64,000 bases of DNA from Polyangiaceae bacterium. Its GTDB lineage: Bacteria > Myxococcota_A > Polyangia > Polyangiales > Polyangiaceae. This document shows, piece after piece, positions 59,869 through 64,000 of the stretch. The stretch's first letter is position 1. Every line of letters starts with the position of its first letter. The stretch covers positions 1 through 64,000 of the forward strand of contig JBNKBE010000028.1 of assembly GCA_050287085.1 (NCBI GenBank), in the 5' to 3' direction. The notes beneath the pieces were generated by a model, which saw only the letters and a program-made list of their open reading frames with translations, had not been told where the DNA came from and searched no databases. The position numbers and the translations under genes were made by a program.

Positions 59869-59968
59869 TTGATGTATTCCCTTTTAAATATCCCAATGGC
59901 TTTGCGTATTATCAACCAAACCATATGTAATTACGAATTCGGCGATGATGTCTTCGAAGGAGATGAAC

Positions 59969-60730
59969 ATGGCTCTCACGCGCTTTGCCGAAAAAACAAT
60001 CGTAATCACGGGTGCAGGAACGGGTATGGGGCGTGCTGCGGCGATCCGCCTCTCCAAGGAGGGCGCGCGAACTGTTCTCGTTGGGCGACGACCGGAACCC
60101 CTTGAGCAATTGGCTGCCGAGCTAGTTGCCGACGGCGGCTCGGCGTTGGCCGTTGCTTGCGACATAGGTAGCGAGGCGGCTGTCAGTTCGATGGTGCAGC
60201 AGGCAGTCAACACGAGCGGTCACATCGACGGCTTGTTCGCCAATGCAGGCGTCTTGGGCGAGTTCAAGCCGCTCGCTGAAACCAACGTTTCGGACTTCGA
60301 GGGGCTAGTCGCCACAAACATGCTGGGGACGTTCCTCAGCATCAAGCATTGCCTACCCTATTTTGAAGGCGGCGCTGTCGTCATCAACGCCTCATGGACC
60401 GTGAACAGCGTCATGCCCGGCGCGGGGGCATATGCGGCTACCAAGGGGGCGCTCATCGCAATGATGCACACGCTAGCGATGGAGCAAGGGCCGCGAAACA
60501 TTCGGGTGAACAGCATAAGTCCCGGAATCATCCTGACACCGATGGCCGACGAGGTGCTCGATCCGGCGTTCTCGGCACGACTAGCCGCCCACGCCCCCTT
60601 GCGTCGAAACGGGAAACCGGAAGATATAGCTGGAACCGTTGCGTGGCTGCTGTCCGAAGATGCGCGATTTGTCACGGGCCAGGACATCGCAGTGGACGGC
60701 GGCTTCACGCTTGGCGGTCCGCGCCTGTGA
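59969..60730 (+). CDS. SDR family oxidoreductase
   Basis: TGAGTGMG, NAG, YAATK, VDGG; AAGGAG SD before ATG at 59969. Confidence 0.93.
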   Translation: MALTRFAEKTIVITGAGTGMGRAAAIRLSKEGARTVLVGRRPEPLEQLAAELVADGGSALAVACDIGSEAAVSSMVQQAVNTSGHIDGLFANAGVLGEFKPLAETNVSDFEGLVATNMLGTFLSIKHCLPYFEGGAVVINASWTVNSVMPGAGAYAATKGALIAMMHTLAMEQGPRNIRVNSISPGIILTPMADEVLDPAFSARLAAHAPLRRNGKPEDIAGTVAWLLSEDARFVTGQDIAVDGGFTLGGPRL

Positions 60731-60737
60731 GCGACTA

Positions 60738-61688
60738 TTAGGGTCTAACGACGAGCTTTCCCGCGATCTGCCCTGCGCCCATTCGCGCCAGCGCATCAAT
60801 CGCCCCATCGAGCGGCACAACCTCGCCGATGATCGGTTTGAGCGTGCCGTTGCTCACCAGCTCCAGCAGCGCGGGTAGGTGCTTCGACCCCTGAGTGACC
60901 GACAACACGCCCACACGCTTGCCATCCGGTCGCCTGAAGGCACTCGCGGCGAGGGCGTTGAGCAAAGTCGGCACAGGACCGCCCACCAACGCGTAGCGTC
61001 CGCCGTCGCTGAGGCAGGGATAGATGTCTCGCGCCCGCCGTGTGCCGTACAGGTCTAGAACAAGGCCCCAATCCAGCCCAAGTTGAGCAAAGTCGACTTG
61101 GGCGTAGTCATAGACCTCCGCCGCGCCCGCTTGGCGCATCGCGTCCAGCTTGGCCGAGTTGTCCACGCCCGTGACATGCGCGCCCATGGCGACAGCGTAT
61201 TGGATGGCCAATGGCCCGCTGCCCCCGCCGCCGCCATTGACCAGCACGCGCATGCCCCGCGTGATCCGTCCTTCGAAGGCCGTCAGAATGATCGCGCCGG
61301 ATTGGGGCAGGCAGGCGACAATTTCAGGCTCCAATCCCGCCGAAACAGGCACAAAGCGTGTCGCTTTGGCGAGGCAGATTTCAGCGAAGCCGCCGAAGGT
61401 GCCAAAGGTGTCGGCCATGACCCGCTGCCCCAGTTTGAGCGTCACACCTTCGCCGACGGCCTCGACGAGCCCCACGACGTCTGACCCTAGAACCCTAGGC
61501 TTGGGTCGAACTGCCCCCGCAATCCGGGCGTAGGCGGGCTTACCTGTGGTGAACTCCCAATCGCTGGCGTTGGCGCCGCAGGCTTCGACCCGCACGAGCA
61601 CCTCTCCCGCTCTGGGCGCCCGCAAAGCGATGTCCGCTATCGACAGATTGTCGCGCCCCCCATAGCCCCGCTGCACAAGTGCTTTCAC
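60738..61688 (-). CDS. MDR-superfamily NAD(P)-dependent oxidoreductase (quinone reductase/alcohol dehydrogenase-like)
   Basis: VLGSDVVG, VLVNGGGGGSG, GKLVV; no zinc ligands evident. Confidence 0.88.
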   Translation of the reverse strand: MKALVQRGYGGRDNLSIADIALRAPRAGEVLVRVEACGANASDWEFTTGKPAYARIAGAVRPKPRVLGSDVVGLVEAVGEGVTLKLGQRVMADTFGTFGGFAEICLAKATRFVPVSAGLEPEIVACLPQSGAIILTAFEGRITRGMRVLVNGGGGGSGPLAIQYAVAMGAHVTGVDNSAKLDAMRQAGAAEVYDYAQVDFAQLGLDWGLVLDLYGTRRARDIYPCLSDGGRYALVGGPVPTLLNALAASAFRRPDGKRVGVLSVTQGSKHLPALLELVSNGTLKPIIGEVVPLDGAIDALARMGAGQIAGKLVVRP

Positions 61689-62098
61689 TGAACCAATCCC
61701 CGCAAATTCTGTCCCGTGTCTAACTTAGCTAGGCACACAAGAGAGGTAGGCATCATGTGCGATATCGCAACCCGCGTATATAGCCATACGTAGAAGATTG
61801 GAGTTGCCCCGATTCAGTGGACTCTATGCAGTCTGCCACACGAGCTCTTGCGCGAGTGAGCGCAGTCGCAAGCCGTGCGCTTGCTGCGTGGCTTCGCGCA
61901 GGAAGCCGCAAGGTCCGCCGGCGGGGCGGGACGGCAACAAGCGCGTGAGTCGAGGCTCCGGGTGCAATAATGGGCTCGCCCGCGGCGGGACGACGGCGTA
62001 CAGGGCCCGCGTGACCTTTCGAGCGCAGGAGACTCAAGCCGGCACGCTCCGTGCAAGGCTGAGGGTGAAAGGAGCGAGGCCCAGGCTCGAGTAGGCTC

Positions 62099-63211
62099 AT
62101 GAAGCTTTTGGTCTTGGCGCTGATCACCGTGCACGGCGGGCTTCACTTCTTGGGGGCGGCTAAGGGGTTTGGCTGGGCAGCCTTGCCAGCACTGAAGCTG
62201 CCCGTGCCTTGGGCAGCCGCTTGGGGCTGGGCCGGCGCTGGCGTAGGGCTGATTCTGTTTGCCGCCTTGGCCTCGGCAGCTGTGCCGCCGTGTTGGTGGG
62301 TTGGCATCGGCGCTGCCGCGCTTTCTCAGGTGCTCATTCTGCTCAGCTGGACAGACGCCAAGGCGGGCACCGCGGGCAACCTATTGACCCTAGCCATGGC
62401 GGCCTGGCTGTGGGCCTCCACGGGGCCTCAGAGCTTGAGCGCGCGCTACGAGTGGCAGAGCGCGGCACTCTTGCCGTCGGTCGAGACTACTGTCGTCGAA
62501 GAACGAGAGCTTGCTAAGCTGCCACCGCCAGTGGCTCGCTACTTGCGCGCGGCCGGCGTCGTAGGGCAGCCGAGGCCGGTCTCCTTCGCTGTTTCGCTGG
62601 AGGGTAGAATCCGCGGAGAGGCGGATGACCCCTGGATGGCCTTCGAGGGCACCCAAGTGAACGTGCTGGAGCCTCCGACTCGTTTGTTCTTCATTCGCGC
62701 CCGCAAGATGGGGCTACCTGCACACGTCCTTCATACTTTCGCTGACGGCGAGGCGGAGATGGAGGTTCGCTTGTTGGCAGCGTTTACTTTGGTGCGGCAA
62801 GCCGGGGCCGATGCGACGCGGGCCGAGACGGTGACGCTCTTGAACGACATGTGCTTGTTCGCGCCGGGAGCGCTGCTTTCGGAGCGGATCACCTGGCAGG
62901 CCATAGACGACCGAAGCGCGGAGGCGCGTTTTAGGGTGGGTTCGAACACCGTGAGCGCCGTTCTGAGCTTCGACGAGCGGGGCCAGCTCGCGAACTTCGT
63001 CTCTTCCGACCGGATGAAGCTCGACGGGGAGGGCGTGTTCGTTCCCCGCGGGTGGAGCACGCCGCTCGGCAGCTACCGGCGCTTCGGCCCTTACCGCCTC
63101 ACTGCTGGGGGCGAGGGGCGGTGGCATGACGGGGCTGCGTCGTACCCCTATATCGAGCTCAGGGTGCGCGACGTAGTGGTTAACCCGTCTCAGCCTTTGT
63201 GGGCTGAATAG
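62099..63211 (+). CDS. DUF6544-like membrane-anchored protein
   Basis: N-terminal TMs (VHGGLH, WTDAKAGT), LPPPVARYLR, ETVTLLNDMCLFAP, WSTP. Confidence 0.7.
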   Translation: MKLLVLALITVHGGLHFLGAAKGFGWAALPALKLPVPWAAAWGWAGAGVGLILFAALASAAVPPCWWVGIGAAALSQVLILLSWTDAKAGTAGNLLTLAMAAWLWASTGPQSLSARYEWQSAALLPSVETTVVEERELAKLPPPVARYLRAAGVVGQPRPVSFAVSLEGRIRGEADDPWMAFEGTQVNVLEPPTRLFFIRARKMGLPAHVLHTFADGEAEMEVRLLAAFTLVRQAGADATRAETVTLLNDMCLFAPGALLSERITWQAIDDRSAEARFRVGSNTVSAVLSFDERGQLANFVSSDRMKLDGEGVFVPRGWSTPLGSYRRFGPYRLTAGGEGRWHDGAASYPYIELRVRDVVVNPSQPLWAE

Positions 63212-63335
63212 AGTCGGGGTGCGCGGGGCTTTGAGCGCCCCGTAGGTGACGATCGAGCGGGGCGAGACGCTCGCGAGTCCAGCCGACTCTCACACTGACC
63301 ATGACCACCAGTGCCCTTGGGAGCAGGGCAGACCT

Positions 63336-63479
63336 GGCGAAGAAGCTCTCAGCGACGGCGTTGTCCCGGCAGTCTGCTTTGCGAGTCATGCTGGGTACCG
63401 CCTCGGGAGCATCGAGACCGGTCCGATATGTAGAGCTCGCGTAGCGACAATCGCGGTCAGTGTGGCGAGTCAGCCGGGG
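63336..63479 (-). mobile_element. IS3-family transposase (integrase core) remnant
   Basis: HTDRDCRYAS..SMTRKADCRDNAVAESFF is a degenerate HSDRGSQYAS..SMSRKGNCWDNAVAESFF. Confidence 0.8.
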
Positions 63480-63529
63480 GCGTGCGCATGGGTCCAAGTC
63501 CTCGTCGGGCTCGGGTAGCCCTCGCTGTA

Positions 63530-63746
63530 TCGGGGCGCCTCAGGCGCTTCGAGGTCAGCGGCCACGCGCCACTTCGCATGAGACAACGCAACGTGACCGG
63601 CGAAGACATCGCCTCGCTCAGCAAGCGCTGCAATGTCCGAACCGGAGGACCGCTGGAAGCTGTCCGGTGGCATGGACTGCGACGGTGACGATCTGAACGT
63701 AGTGGTCGTGTTCGCAGCGGGGACGATCGTCGTCACGGTGTTCTGA
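63530..63746 (+). pseudogene. Frameshifted DUF4258-like toxin
   Basis: FEVSGHAPLRMRQRNVTGEDI in one frame; RWKLSGGMDCDGDDLNVVVV..IVVTVF-stop in another; shift near 63615. Confidence 0.65.
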
Positions 63747-63748
63747 AG

Positions 63749-64000
63749 GAAGGAAGCGCGGAGACTCTGGAGAGCATTGAGCTGCGGGCGGCGCTTGTTG
63801 CGTTCACCGACGCGCCAGCGGTGTCCGGTCCGATGCTGAAGTTCGCGCGCAAGGCTCTAGGCCTGAGGCGGACGGAGTTGGGTGAACGGATAGGCGCCAC
63901 GGCGGAGAGCGTCTCTCGCTGGGAGCGCGAGGAACGGCAGATGGAACCCTGGGTGGGGCTGACCGTGCCCGGGTTGCTTCGTGAGAAGCTCATGCCGCCA
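63749..64000 (+). pseudogene. 5'-truncated MqsA-like XRE-HTH antitoxin (runs off window)
   Basis: IELRAA..SGPMLKFARKALGLRRTELGERIGATAESVSRWERE; N-terminal domain absent and no start codon ahead of the homologous segment. Confidence 0.65.

Overview
High-GC bacterial chromosome segment, most likely Myxococcota (Polyangiales-like), judging from a MYXO-CTERM-type tail, an AgmX/PglI-like protein and many Cys-rich lipoproteins. In order it holds: a MalT/LuxR regulator; a minus-strand TonB-dependent uptake cluster (receptor, lipoprotein, exbB, exbD, tonB) followed by a surface-repeat protein and an ECF sigma/anti-sigma pair; an amide-type porin divergent from a complete urea uptake and urease operon (urtABCDE-ureD-ureAB fused-ureC-ureEFG); a ferredoxin-reductase-truncated globin fusion; an NCS2-type permease; a DAHP synthase; ahpCF-oxyR; many secreted, lipoprotein and regulatory genes; and at the right end an IS3 remnant beside a decayed DUF4258/HTH toxin-antitoxin pair. 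The strongest unannotated signals are: (1) an apparently leaderless leader peptide (FWTWFSY) with antiterminator and terminator, forming a candidate Phe/Trp/Tyr attenuator ahead of the DAHP synthase; (2) the four-domain 2Fe-2S/FNR/truncated-hemoglobin/Cys4 protein; (3) recurring -10-only, apparently leaderless gene starts; (4) a wHTH protein with palindromic operators between Cys-rich lipoproteins. I saw no rRNA, tRNA or CRISPR array. All family calls are motif recognition by eye, not database searches.
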